A DNA stretch of 64,000 nucleotides from Octopus sinensis. Taxonomy: Eukaryota. Shown piece by piece: positions 36,850-47,800 of the stretch; position 1 is the stretch's first letter; each line of letters opens with the position of its first letter. The stretch covers positions 102,486,001 to 102,550,000 of the forward strand of contig NC_042998.1 of NCBI RefSeq assembly GCF_006345805.1, given 5' to 3'. Under the pieces are notes generated by a model. That model was given only the letters and a program-made list of their open reading frames with translations, was not told where the DNA came from and ran no database searches. A program made the translations under genes and the position numbers.

Positions 36850-39320
36850 TATAATATAATATAATATAATATAATATAATAAAATAATATAATAGAATGT
36901 TAAATGTTCATTCTGTTTGAACTAGTACTTTCATGCATTAAATTATGCTATCTTCAGGTTCATGTAGTAGTGGTGACAGTCACGCTTCACAATTTTTGAC
37001 TGTAGCGAGATGGTTAAATCTGTGCCTTAAATACACCTGTGTAGGCTCCAGATTGCTAGGTTTTGCAAAACTGTATTCTGACCAATCAGTGTGTAGCATC
37101 ACTCAATTACTTAAGCTGAATGTTTTAGGCGTCACACTTTGTTGAACATGTCAAGAGTCCTGTATCGTAACCCTAGCCGAGGCAGCAATTTTTGGACTAT
37201 TTTTAGAAATGTTGTAAATAGCCTTTGACAGGGATTTTTATATTTCAATTGTCATCATCATCATTGTCAGCACCTTAATTATTGTTGCTAGTGGTGATGG
37301 TGGTGGCAATAGAACTTTTAACCCTAAATAAGATAATTTTCCTGCAATCTTCATCTTGATCACCTTGTATTGTTGTTGTTGTTAGTGGTCATGGTCGTAG
37401 CAGTAGAAGTAGTACCTCTAATTACTATTATTATTGCTTATTTAGCTTGGGTTCGAATTTATCAATAAAATTCTTTTCTATGATTTTCCTCTCGATTTCA
37501 CTTGGGCTGTGTACTTTGTAGAATGGAAATATAATATATATTCCCCGACTACTTGTTGCTAGGTGGTTACTCAAAGGTATCTGATGGACTTCTGGGTCTC
37601 TAATCTGTTGTCGGTGTACACGTGAGCGTTCTGATAGTGCATTTCCCGTCTGACCTACATATATTTCTTCACAATTTTGCATTTGATGCAGTAAATAAAA
37701 TTTCTGCTTTTGCAGTTCATATTCGCGTTTGTGAATATTTTCCCGCTTTTTGTTTTTATATATCGGCCGGTATGTATGAATTGTCATGTGTCACATCGGC
37801 TATCATTGCATTTAGATACAGTGAATGTTTGGTCTTTGTGGCTAAGGTCAAATTTTGCCTTTGTTAGTAATTCTTTCAAGTTTTTAAGCTGTCTTTTACT
37901 AAGAACCATAGCTCGATCCGTGATTATATCTTTTAATTCATTACTTTGAGCAATGATTGGTAGGTTTGCTTTGGCAATGTTGAAGATATTCTAGTGACAT
38001 GGGTTGTGTGTCACTATGAACGGTATGACTTGATCTTGTTTTCCTCTTCCTTGGGTTGTCCTAAGTTGTTGTATGGGTATTTTTATAGCCCGCTGTATGC
38101 CATTTTCTATAAGTAGAGATGGGTATTTTTGTTTGAGCAAAAATTCTCTTGGTTCTGTTAGGCGTTTGTTCCTGATATTTGCATCTTCTACAATGGTACA
38201 AATTCTTCTGGCTAGGCAGCATGGGATGTTGCGTTTTTTTATGTGGTGGATGGCACGACTTAAAATTCAGGTTATGATGTGTGTCTGTGTGTTTATAGTA
38301 TATATATCTGTGGTGATGGTGGTGTCCTTTGTAATTACCATTATATCTAGGAATGGTAATTTGGTACTAATCATCTCCTTTGTAAATTGGAGAGATGGGT
38401 GTAGGTTGTTCAGGAGGATATTGAACTCTTCCAGAGTATTTAGAGATTCTGTCCAGATTATGAAGCAGTCGTCAAGATATCTCTTCCATGCCTTTTCAAT
38501 ATACTTTCTAAATCCAGTGCCATAGTTTACCTCCACCTCTTGGTAGAGTTGTTGTTCAAAGTATCCCATTACAGAGTTGGCGTAAACAGGAGCAAACAGG
38601 AGCAAACCTCGTTCTCATTGCCGTGCCTCTAATTTGGATGTAATTCTTTCCATTGAAGAAGAATGTGTTGTTTTCTAGAATAAGTTTGACTGTGTCTAAT
38701 ATAAATGGCACTGTGAATCTGCTGGGAATCACTTCTCTATGTTTTTCTAACCAGTATTTAATCGACTTTATTCCTAAATCGTGTGGAATATTGGTGTAGA
38801 GGCTTACCAACATCAAAACTAGTAAGACGGAATTTGTTTCTGTTGTTTGGGAAGATGGGACAGGAATTCGATGTCATCCCTGATGAAACTGGGTATGTAA
38901 GTACATAGTGGTTTCCAAAAAATGTCAGTGAAATTGCTTAGACGTAGGTAGGCCATGCTGACCAGCTATATAGTAGGTCTAAGTTTTAGGTCTTTTGGAT
39001 GTAGTAATTTTATGTACTCACTTTCTTGTTCTCTTACTGCATGTTGAATATCTTTTGATTTATGTATTTTCGGTAAGTCGTAGAAGTTGCTGGGTTTTGG
39101 TTCGAAATTGGTGATGTAGTCTCTTTCATTATCCGTAAGTGAGTTGTAGCGTTTTGAAATCAGGTTGTAGATCTTTTTCATGATGTGGTGGTCTATATTT
39201 GAGGGTATTTCACAATAGAAGGTTGTGTCCTTCAGTTGGTCCTAAACCAAATCCTTATAGTATTCGGTATCCATAATAACAATTGCACCACCTTTATCTG
39301 CGTGTTTAATTATTATTAAA
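36850..39320 (-). mobile_element. Penelope-like element (Neptune-like): RT + GIY-YIG + pLTR with HHR, multiply frameshifted
   Basis: ADKGGAIVIMD (~39301), LPKIHKS, LKLRPTI, SLYTNIPH, QIRGTAM, KRYLDDC (YLDD 38468-38479), LPFLDI, CEEIYVGQTGNALSER and FEPKLNKQ* (37431). It ends in (ATAAT)n at 36851-36893. Confidence 0.92.
36918..36962 (-). ncRNA. Minimal type I hammerhead ribozyme in PLE pLTR
   Basis: TGAAC-CTGAAGA-TA.GCAT-aattta-ATGC.AT-GAAA-G-TA-C-TA^GTTCA: 5-bp stem I, intact core, palindromic AGTACT at stem III, CUA triplet. Confidence 0.85.
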
Positions 39321-39445
39321 TACACACATACACGCATATATAGATATACATATACGCATACATATGTACATATAGATATACACACATATACGGGAATACA
39401 TATCTACATATATCTACATATAAATCCAATACATCACACATATAC

Positions 39446-39489
<44 letters not shown>

Positions 39490-39608
39490 ATAATTTATGT
39501 GCATGCACATACGATACATATGCAAACATAGGCATACGGGCGATCATCCATACGTAGATATATATATATATTATATATATAATATCTATATATATATATA
39601 GATATATA

Positions 39609-39651
<43 letters not shown>

Positions 39652-39694
39652 AAATGAAAGAATGGAGTCGAACGACGATTTTAACAAAATTCCT

Positions 39695-39780
39695 TTACTT
39701 TCGACACATGTTTCGAAGGCTGCATATTCCTAATTCCGAAGGAATAAAGGGTGCATTATGCCGCTATCTCATCGGGAAAG
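39695..39780 (-). ncRNA. Inverted copy of the 40129 hammerhead, core mutated (CCGAUGA)
   Basis: ctttc-CCGATGA-G..C-GAAA-CATGTGTC-gaaag. U4 is changed to C at 39774; stem I ctttc/gaaag is perfect. Confidence 0.7.
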
Positions 39781-40128
39781 ACAATGAAGAGCGACATTTG
39801 TCACCCTACACACACAGTCCCGCACGCACACACACACACACAGGCACGAATCCAGTTATATACATACACACACACAAGTACTCAAACTCATTAACAATAG
39901 AATACACCCACGCATCCCCATACAATACAGCTTGCACTCTATCCCCTTCCTAGAGCTTTCTCCTCCCAACCAAATTTGAACTCTTGAACTCTTTAGAACA
40001 TTCTCCATCCAACCAACTTTGACGTCATTGCTTATAACGGATATTTTAAAGAAACACTCATTACTACTGTGGACATCATGTGGGCAGTCATCTAAGTTTT
40101 TTTGCTCTTCATGGTGCTGGACATAGTT

Positions 40129-40221
40129 CCTTGTTTTTCCTGATGAGATGGCGGCATAATGCACCCTTTATTTCTTCGGAATAGGAATATGCAGCCTTCG
40201 AAACATGTGTCGAGAGTAAGG
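40129..40221 (+). ncRNA. Type I hammerhead ribozyme with extended stem II
   Basis: ccttgtttttc-CTGATGA-G..ggcggcata..tttc-TTCG-gaata..tatgcagcc..C-GAAA-CA-TG-TG-TC^gagagtaagg. GUC at 40209-40211, palindromic ACATGT, cUUCGg loop in stem II. Confidence 0.85.
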
Positions 40222-40266
40222 AATTTTGTTAAAATCGTCGTTCGACTCCATTCTTTTCATTTATCA

Positions 40267-40366
40267 NNNNNNNNNNNNNNNNNNNNNNNNNNNNNNNNNN
40301 NNNNNNNNNNNNNNNNNNNNNNNNNNNNNNNNNNNNNNNNNNNNNNNNNNNNNNNNNNNNNNNNNN
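40267..40366. other. Assembly gap (100 N)
   Basis: Direct reading. Confidence 1.
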
Positions 40367-40494
40367 TTTTTCTATTTTAGTAGCGACAGGTTTCGTTTCC
40401 GCACACTCGTCGCTATGAATAATGTTTACTACGGGTTTAAATTTGCTTACGACGATGTACTTTTAATTTTTTTTCTTTTTTTTTTACTTTTTTA

Positions 40495-40713
40495 CTTGTT
40501 TCAGTGATTTGACTGCGGCCAGGTCTTACTCTTTGTAAGTCTAGTACTTATTCTATCGGTCTCTTTTGCCGAACCGCTAATTAACGGGGACGTGAACATA
40601 CCAGCATCGGTTGTGTCAAGCGATATTGGGGGGCTAACACAGACACACAAACACACAAGCACACACACACACACACACATATATATATAATATATATATT
40701 ATATATATACATA

Positions 40714-40746
<33 letters not shown>

Positions 40747-40902
40747 ATACGACATGCTTCTTTTTTCCGTCTACCAAATCCACTCACAAGGCTTTGGTCG
40801 GCCCGAGGCTATAGTAGAAGACAATTGCCCAAGATGCCACGCAGTGGGACTGAACCCGGGACCGTGTGGTTGGTAAGCAGGCTACTTACCACACAGCCAC
40901 TC
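40495..40902 (-). mobile_element. tRNA-derived SINE, family A, with small internal deletion
   Basis: Minus strand: gagtggctgtgtggtaagtagcctgcttacc..cccgggttcagtcccactgcgtggca. Tail ggccgcagtcaaatcactgaaac. Confidence 0.9.
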
Positions 40903-40952
40903 AATAGTTCTTCCTTTGCACATAACAGATATACGTGTCTGTGTGCTGACAT

Positions 40953-40994
<42 letters not shown>

Positions 40995-41063
40995 GTGTGT
41001 GTGTGTGTATATATATATGTAATATATATACATATATTACACACATATATATATATATTATAT

Positions 41064-41100
<37 letters not shown>

Positions 41101-41128
41101 GCATATAGTATATATGTTATATGTATAT

Positions 41129-42065
41129 GTACGTATATATATTTATATATGCATGTATATATACATGTAGATGTCGGTACGTACATATGTTTGTATTATG
41201 CATATATTTTATTATTACACTATTGTTTGACAGCGCTTCGCGTCGGGTTCGTTTGAATTTTCGATTTTTCGAATTCTCACTTCGTTCCGTCTCTTTCCTC
41301 CCAGTTTATTTTACAGTTAACTACAATGACGCGAAATTCTCTCCCTTTGCTTTGCCTTCCCCTCTCTTTTTCTCTCTCTGCCTCACCCTTCTCTCTAGCC
41401 GCGTGTCTTCCTCTATCTGTCTCTCTCTCTCTCTCTCCCACTCCTCTTCACTTTCGTCACTGCTAATCCTTTCGCCTGTTGCATTCAGGCCCTAAGGTCA
41501 TGTTTTCCAGCGCTCGCCAGTTACCTTCTCGTCCCCGCCAGAACAAAGGCCTTCGTTCGTCTTGTTTCGTTTGTTCTCTTGTTTATTTTGATTTCTCGTA
41601 TTGTAATTTAATTCTCGTTGTGTATCTTTAATTTTGTATTTTTCTTGTATTTTTTTGTGCAGTTCTTTGTTACGTCCCCTTTTGTGTTACATTTTTTCTT
41701 GCTCGTTTTACCCCTCTACGAGGTTATTTTATTTTATTTCTCTCGTAGGAAGGGCTAGCATGTACAGACGTGTCCTGTCTTGCCTTCGAAACACGCTATG
41801 TCTGCTAGCAACAGCTGATGAAGGGGATTTTTCCTTGTGCAGCATGTCCTGTACTTCGTTTTTCTGCTGTACATAATGTTTTTCCCGTTTTCGTTTTCGT
41901 CTTGTTCCACGTCTCTGTCCTTCTGTTGTAACAAAATGGCTTTTCCGTTTTCGTTTCTTGTGGTGTCCTGTACGTATATATATTTATATATGCATGTATA
42001 TATACATGTAGATGCGGTACGTACATATATGTGTTTTATGTATGCATATATTTATTATTACACTA
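41129..42065 (+). mobile_element. Non-coding pyrimidine-rich element with ~95-bp terminal direct repeats (unit ~841 nt), probably a PLE-derived tandem
   Basis: gtacgtatatatatttatatatgcatgtatatatacatgtagatg..ttattacacta at 41129-41223 and 41970-42065. HHR-core-like words at 41782-41826. Confidence 0.6.
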
Positions 42066-42112
42066 TATATATATGTATAAATATATACATATGTATATAT
42101 ATATAAATATGT

Positions 42113-42170
<58 letters not shown>

Positions 42171-42185
42171 TATATATATATTATA

Positions 42186-42228
<43 letters not shown>

Positions 42229-42722
42229 ACATTCAACTTATAACAAGGGCAAAAGAAAACTATTTCTATGCTAATATGCTGATAACATACTTTTAATTGT
42301 CAATTTTCACATATTATATACCCACTACAGAAACACGTTGTACTGAAATCGGGAAGCTAGTCAACAGATCTTTTTTAAAAAAAGTTCGTTATTTCTATAT
42401 TAAATCAATTTCGGAATTAATCTGATAGATTTTTTCCTCTTCAGTAGAAAATACGATAACAAATAAATGAAATATTTACATGCACCCTTGGAAAAAAAGC
42501 CGAAGCAAAAGTCATGAGTACATCGTATTTCTGTAGTGCGTATATAATATGTGGAATTTGATGATTTAAATGCCTGTTATCAGCAGATGAGCATAGAAAT
42601 AATTTTCTTTTGCCCTTGTTTATAAATTGTTTTAACCTATATGCTGCCACTTTTTTGATGAATTTTTTTCTGCAAAAAATTCATCCTATATATAGTATAT
42701 GTATATATATATATATATATAT

Positions 42723-42777
<55 letters not shown>

Positions 42778-42811
42778 TAATATATATTATATAATATATA
42801 TGTGTGTGTGT

Positions 42812-43095
42812 GGAGGGGCAATGGCTAGTGGATAGGCAGCGGATTCGCAGTCGTAGGATCGTGGATTCAATTCCCAGATCGGGCGTTGTGAGTGTCTGTG
42901 AGCGAAAACACCTAAAGCCCACAAGGCTCTGGCAGGGGTTGTGTACTCTTTCTCCACATCTTTCTCTCACTCTGCTGTTGCCTGCTCGCTTGGCCAACGG
43001 GGTGGTGTTATTTGAAGGCTAAAACAATGCGAAGTTCATTGTGACCAGCGATGTGTAGCAGCATCTGATAGCCTGGTCGGTCACGTGATCACGTG

Positions 43096-43097
<2 letters not shown>
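42812..43097 (+). mobile_element. tRNA-derived SINE, family C
   Basis: A-box-like tggctagtgg, B-box-like ggattcaattccc, tRNA-like spacing; ends ggtcacgtgatcacgtga then (TA)n. Single copy in this window. Confidence 0.75.
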
Positions 43098-43168
<71 letters not shown>

Positions 43169-43248
43169 TCCCGGGTTGATTCGGGGTTAACCACAGTAAA
43201 TAAGGTACTCAATACATAGCAGGTAAAATTAATTTATTATATAGAAGG

Positions 43249-43299
43249 AGCTTCTACAGGACTAGAACTGTTTCATTCAAGAGAAATCTTCAGGAAGCT
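43249..43299 (-). ncRNA. Type I hammerhead ribozyme
   Basis: AGCTTC-CTGAAGA-T.TTC-tctt-GAA.T-GAAA-CAG-ttctagtc-CTG-TA^GAAGCT: 6-bp stem I, 3-bp stems II and III, GUA triplet. Confidence 0.88.
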
Positions 43300-44379
43300 A
43301 GTTAACAAGAATTGTATTGGCATTTATACATTTAGGCAGGTTTAAAGGGGTGGTGGTGGGGGACTTTTTGGGGGTAGGCATAGCGCAAAAAAATCATACT
43401 TGGGGGAGTGGTCAAGGAGTCAGTGGTAAATTAGATAGAAGAATAAATAAAAGAATAAAAAAAAGGGAGAATAAAAAAAATATATAGAAGAATAGAGTTT
43501 TAGGTAAATAAGGAAATTCTCACTTATACCTATACACATATGTATACATAAAGATAAGATTACCTATACTACTATAGCCCCACGCCAACCCAGGAAAAAT
43601 AGACGAAGACACATTAGCTGGTACAACCCCCCCTTCAACCGTGAGGTCGCTACACCTGTAGCTAAAATCTTCTTCACTCTCCTACAGAAACACTTCCCCA
43701 CCCAACATAAGTACTACACTATCCTAAATAAGAACACTATTAGACTCTCCTACTCTACCACGCCCAATCTAGCCAGGAACCTAGCCAACAACAATGTGAA
43801 AAACTTAACATATCTACTTTTTCCGAGGCCCATCCAACGTCCGATAGCAATTGCAACTGCCCTGATAAAACCACCTGCCCCCTCAACAACAACTGCCTAC
43901 AGAGGGACCTAGTATATACATGCGAGGTAAGATCAGGCCCTGACGATAAAAGAAAATCCTACATCGGAATGACGTCAAACAGCTTTAAGACCCGTTGGTA
44001 CGCACACACACACTCGTTCCGGCGACCGGATAAATCCAACCAAACTACCCTCGCCGCCCACATCTGGTACCTTAAAAGGAACTCCATCCCCTTCAAGACC
44101 AAGTGGAAACTACTACAGAAGGCGCGTTCGTACACAGGAGGCCATACCTGCTGTGACCTTTGCATTTCGGAGAGCCTAGAGATCTTGTTCGCCAAAGGCC
44201 CTCTCCTTAACAAGATCTCAGAACACTCCCCAAATTGCATGCATAAGAATTATGCAAACTACAAGAACTATAGACCTACCCGGCAACCAGATTGATGACA
44301 CCCCACCCCAAAACCCCCCCAATCCCACCGTTCCCCTAGCACCCCCGACTACCTTTTCTCCTAAGACCTTTCACATATT

Positions 44380-44810
44380 GTATGTGCACGCTTATATGTG
44401 TATCGTATATATGTATAGAAATGTATGGGTATAGTAGGAATATACGCATGTATTATGTGTGTGTGTGTGTATGTATGTAAAAAATATATATATATGTATG
44501 TGTGTGTGTGTGTGTGTGCATATGTGTATATATGTATATATATGTGTGTATGCATATGTATGTGTATATGTATGTGTGTATGTATGTGTATGTATATATA
44601 AAATATTATATAATTAGGGCTTAGTAAAATAAATTACTTTGCCACATACTGAACTTTCAAGAAATAGCAGCCAAAAAAGTTTTTTAGCCTTTTCCACTAC
44701 TTAAAGAAATTTTCTCTCAGACAATGTTTACTCAAAAAAATAATGGTCCTTTTACATACTGAATACTTGGTGAAATTGATTAATAACTAATTAACTTTAC
44801 CCTCAATTGT

Positions 44811-44875
<65 letters not shown>

Positions 44876-45142
44876 ATATATATATGTGTATGTATGTGTA
44901 TGTGTGTGTGTGATATATATATATATGTATATGTATGTGCGTGTGTATATATATATATTTATTTATATATATATATATATATGTATGTATATGTATGTGT
45001 ATGTGTATATATATATATATATACATGAGTGTACGCGAGTATGTCGATGTATATGTAGGTATGTATGTGTGTGTATATACAGATTGTAGATGGGTATATA
45101 TATGTGTGTGTATATATACATATATATATGTATGTGTATGTG

Positions 45143-45177
<35 letters not shown>

Positions 45178-46378
45178 ATGTGGGTAGGTAGAGTTATACG
45201 TATGTGCATGTGTATATGTATATGTATATGTATATGTATGTGTATGTGTATGTATGTACATATATGTGTGTGTGTGTATGTGTGTATATGTATGTATATA
45301 TGTATATATGTGTGTATGTGTAGGTGTGTGTATATATATATATGTACATATGTGTATGTGTGTATGTATATGTGTGTATATATATGTATATATATATATG
45401 TATGTATGGATATTATATATATATATATATATGTGTGTGTATATGTATATGTAAGTATGTGTAGTGTGTATAGTATGTATGTATGTATGTGCAACATGTA
45501 TGTGTATATATAATATATATATGTGTGTGTATATATAGTATGTATGTGTGTATGTATATGTATGTGTGTGTTGTATATATGTATGTGTGTGTGTATGTTT
45601 GTATATGTATATGTATGTGTATGTATGTATGTGTATATGTATATAGTGTATAGTGTATATATATATGTATTATATATTATATATATATATATATATGTGT
45701 GTGTATGTGTGTGTATGTATATGTATGTATATGTGTGTGTGTGTATATGTATATATATATATATATATATGGGTATATATATATATATGTGATATATGGT
45801 GTGTATTATATGTCTGTATGTATTATATGTGTGTATGTGTATGTATAGTAATATGTGTACGCTCGTATGTTTAGGTATATGTAGGTGTATAGAGTATGTA
45901 TGGTGTATGGTATATGTACATAGGTGTAGGTTGTGTATATATATATAATATATATATATATATATGTATATCTAGATATATATATATTATATATATATAT
46001 ATATGTTGTGTAAGTTTATATGTATGTATCCGTCTGTATAATAGGTAACTGCACGTATATATACTTAATATTTATTATTTATTATTTATTATTTATTTTT
46101 TGAGTATGCATGTATGAATAACTGCACGTATATAATTATTACTTATTTTTTGAGTATGCATATAAGTATGAACATAAGGAGTGGCGTGTGTGTGTGTGTG
46201 TATGTGTAAGCATATATATCTATACTTTTACGCATGTGTGTGTACTTATGTGTATATATGGATGCGCGTGTGTGTGTGTGTGTATGGGTACGCATGTATA
46301 TGTGTATGTGCGTGTATGTGTATATGTGTATGTATGCGTGTGTGTATATATGTATATGTATGTATGTGTATGTATGTA

Positions 46379-46433
<55 letters not shown>

Positions 46434-47400
46434 ATGTATATGTGTATGTGTATGTATTTGTATGTGTATGCATGCGCGTATATGTATTTATATGTATACG
46501 TGTGGGTGTGTGTATGTGTGTACATATGTATGTATGTATGGGTGTATGTATGTATGTATGTATGCGGATATGTATATATATATATGTGTGTGTGTATGTG
46601 TATATATATATGTGTGTATATATATGTATGTATGTATTTTACGTAGGTGTATATGTATGTGTGTATATATATTTATTGGTGTATACGTATAGACTAGTCT
46701 TCTAAGATTGTAGACATGAATCTGTAGGTACGCGTACGTATGTGTATATACGTGTATGTATGTAGATGTATGTATGTATGAATATAACGCGTGCGTGCGT
46801 GTATGTCTATGAGTGTACGAATGAGTGAGTGTGCGTGCTAATGAGTGTGCATGCGTGAGTGAGTGCTTGTGCTCAAGTAGAAAGATAAAAGGGACTAGCT
46901 GTCGTAGCCAAGATGCTTGTGACCAGCGGTCAAAGATAACAAAAGTAATAAATGAAGATAATAAAATTAAAATTAGGGAATGGGTTTGTATTTGTATGTA
47001 TATGTGTCTATGTGTAGGTATGAATAGGTACACATATGTATGTATAATATATATATATATGTATATATACATATATGTGTATATGTATATATGAGTATAT
47101 AGGGACATGTGTGTTGTGTGTGCATGTGTGTATGTGGATTTGTGTGTGTATGTGTGTATGTGTATGTATGTGTATGTATATATTTTTTTGTGTGTATGTG
47201 TATGTGGTGTCGTGTGTGTGTATATATACATGTGTGTGTGCATATGTATATGCATGTATCTGTGTATGTATATATATATATTATATATATATATATATGT
47301 AGATATATGTATGTATATGTATGTGTGTATATATATAGATATATATATATATATGGGTGTGTGTGTATGTATGTGTGTATGTATATATGTGTGTGTGTAT
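44380..47400. repeat. ~3-kb mosaic of (TA)n/(TG)n/(TATG)n alternating purine-pyrimidine repeats
   Basis: Direct reading. Short unique islands at ~44600-44815, 46030-46180 and 46690-46985. Confidence 0.9.
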
Positions 47401-47648
47401 ATATGTATACATATGTGTATAGGTATAAGTGAGAATTTCCTTATTTACCTAAAACTCTATTCTTCTATATATTTTTTTTATTCTCCCTTTTTTTATTCTT
47501 TTATTTTTTCTTCTATCTAATTTACCACTGACTCCTTGACCACTCCCCCAAGTATGATTTTTTTGCGCTATGCCTACCCCCAAAAAGTCCCCCACCACCA
47601 CCCATTTTATGTATAAATGTATAAATGCCAATACAATTCTTGTTAACT

Positions 47649-47699
47649 AGCTTCCTGAAGATTTCTCTTGAATGAAACAATTCTAGTCCTATAGAAGCT
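47649..47699 (+). ncRNA. Second copy of the 43249 hammerhead with two stem III mismatches
   Basis: Identical except CAG to CAA (47680) and CTG to CTA (47691). Confidence 0.7.
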
Positions 47700-47701
47700 C
47701 C

Positions 47702-47769
<68 letters not shown>

Positions 47770-47800
47770 ATAATATATATATTATATACTTGGAAGAGGA

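Larger units (their letters stand above)
39651..40266. mobile_element. Short 5'-truncated PLE end with inverted pLTR (arms 39651-39777 and 40138-40266)
   Basis: The arms are reverse complements with few differences. The spacer contains RAFSSQPNLNS* (~39950-39990), resembling the PLE GIY-YIG terminal P.LN motif. Confidence 0.7.
43166..47710 (+). mobile_element. 5'-truncated PLE (Nematis-like) with inverted pLTR arms 43238-43550 / 47402-47710
   Basis: Coding 43590-44295: RRRHISWYNPPF..KHFP..LSYSTTPN..CNC..CP..C..VY..KSYIGMTSNSFKTRWYAH..CDLCISE..LLNK. The ~310-bp arms are near-identical reverse complements. Whether the whole 4.5 kb is one insertion is uncertain. Confidence 0.75.

Noticed and set aside
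40381-40415. Minus-strand tagc-GACGA-g..c-GAAA-cctg-TC-gcta next to the gap
   Set aside because: It lacks C3-U4 and is equally explained as a simple tagcgac/gtcgcta hairpin. Possibly a relic, but not supportable.
42812-42890. tRNA-like sequence
   Set aside because: It has A/B boxes but no complete cloverleaf and continues into a SINE body. The same holds for the other SINE heads.
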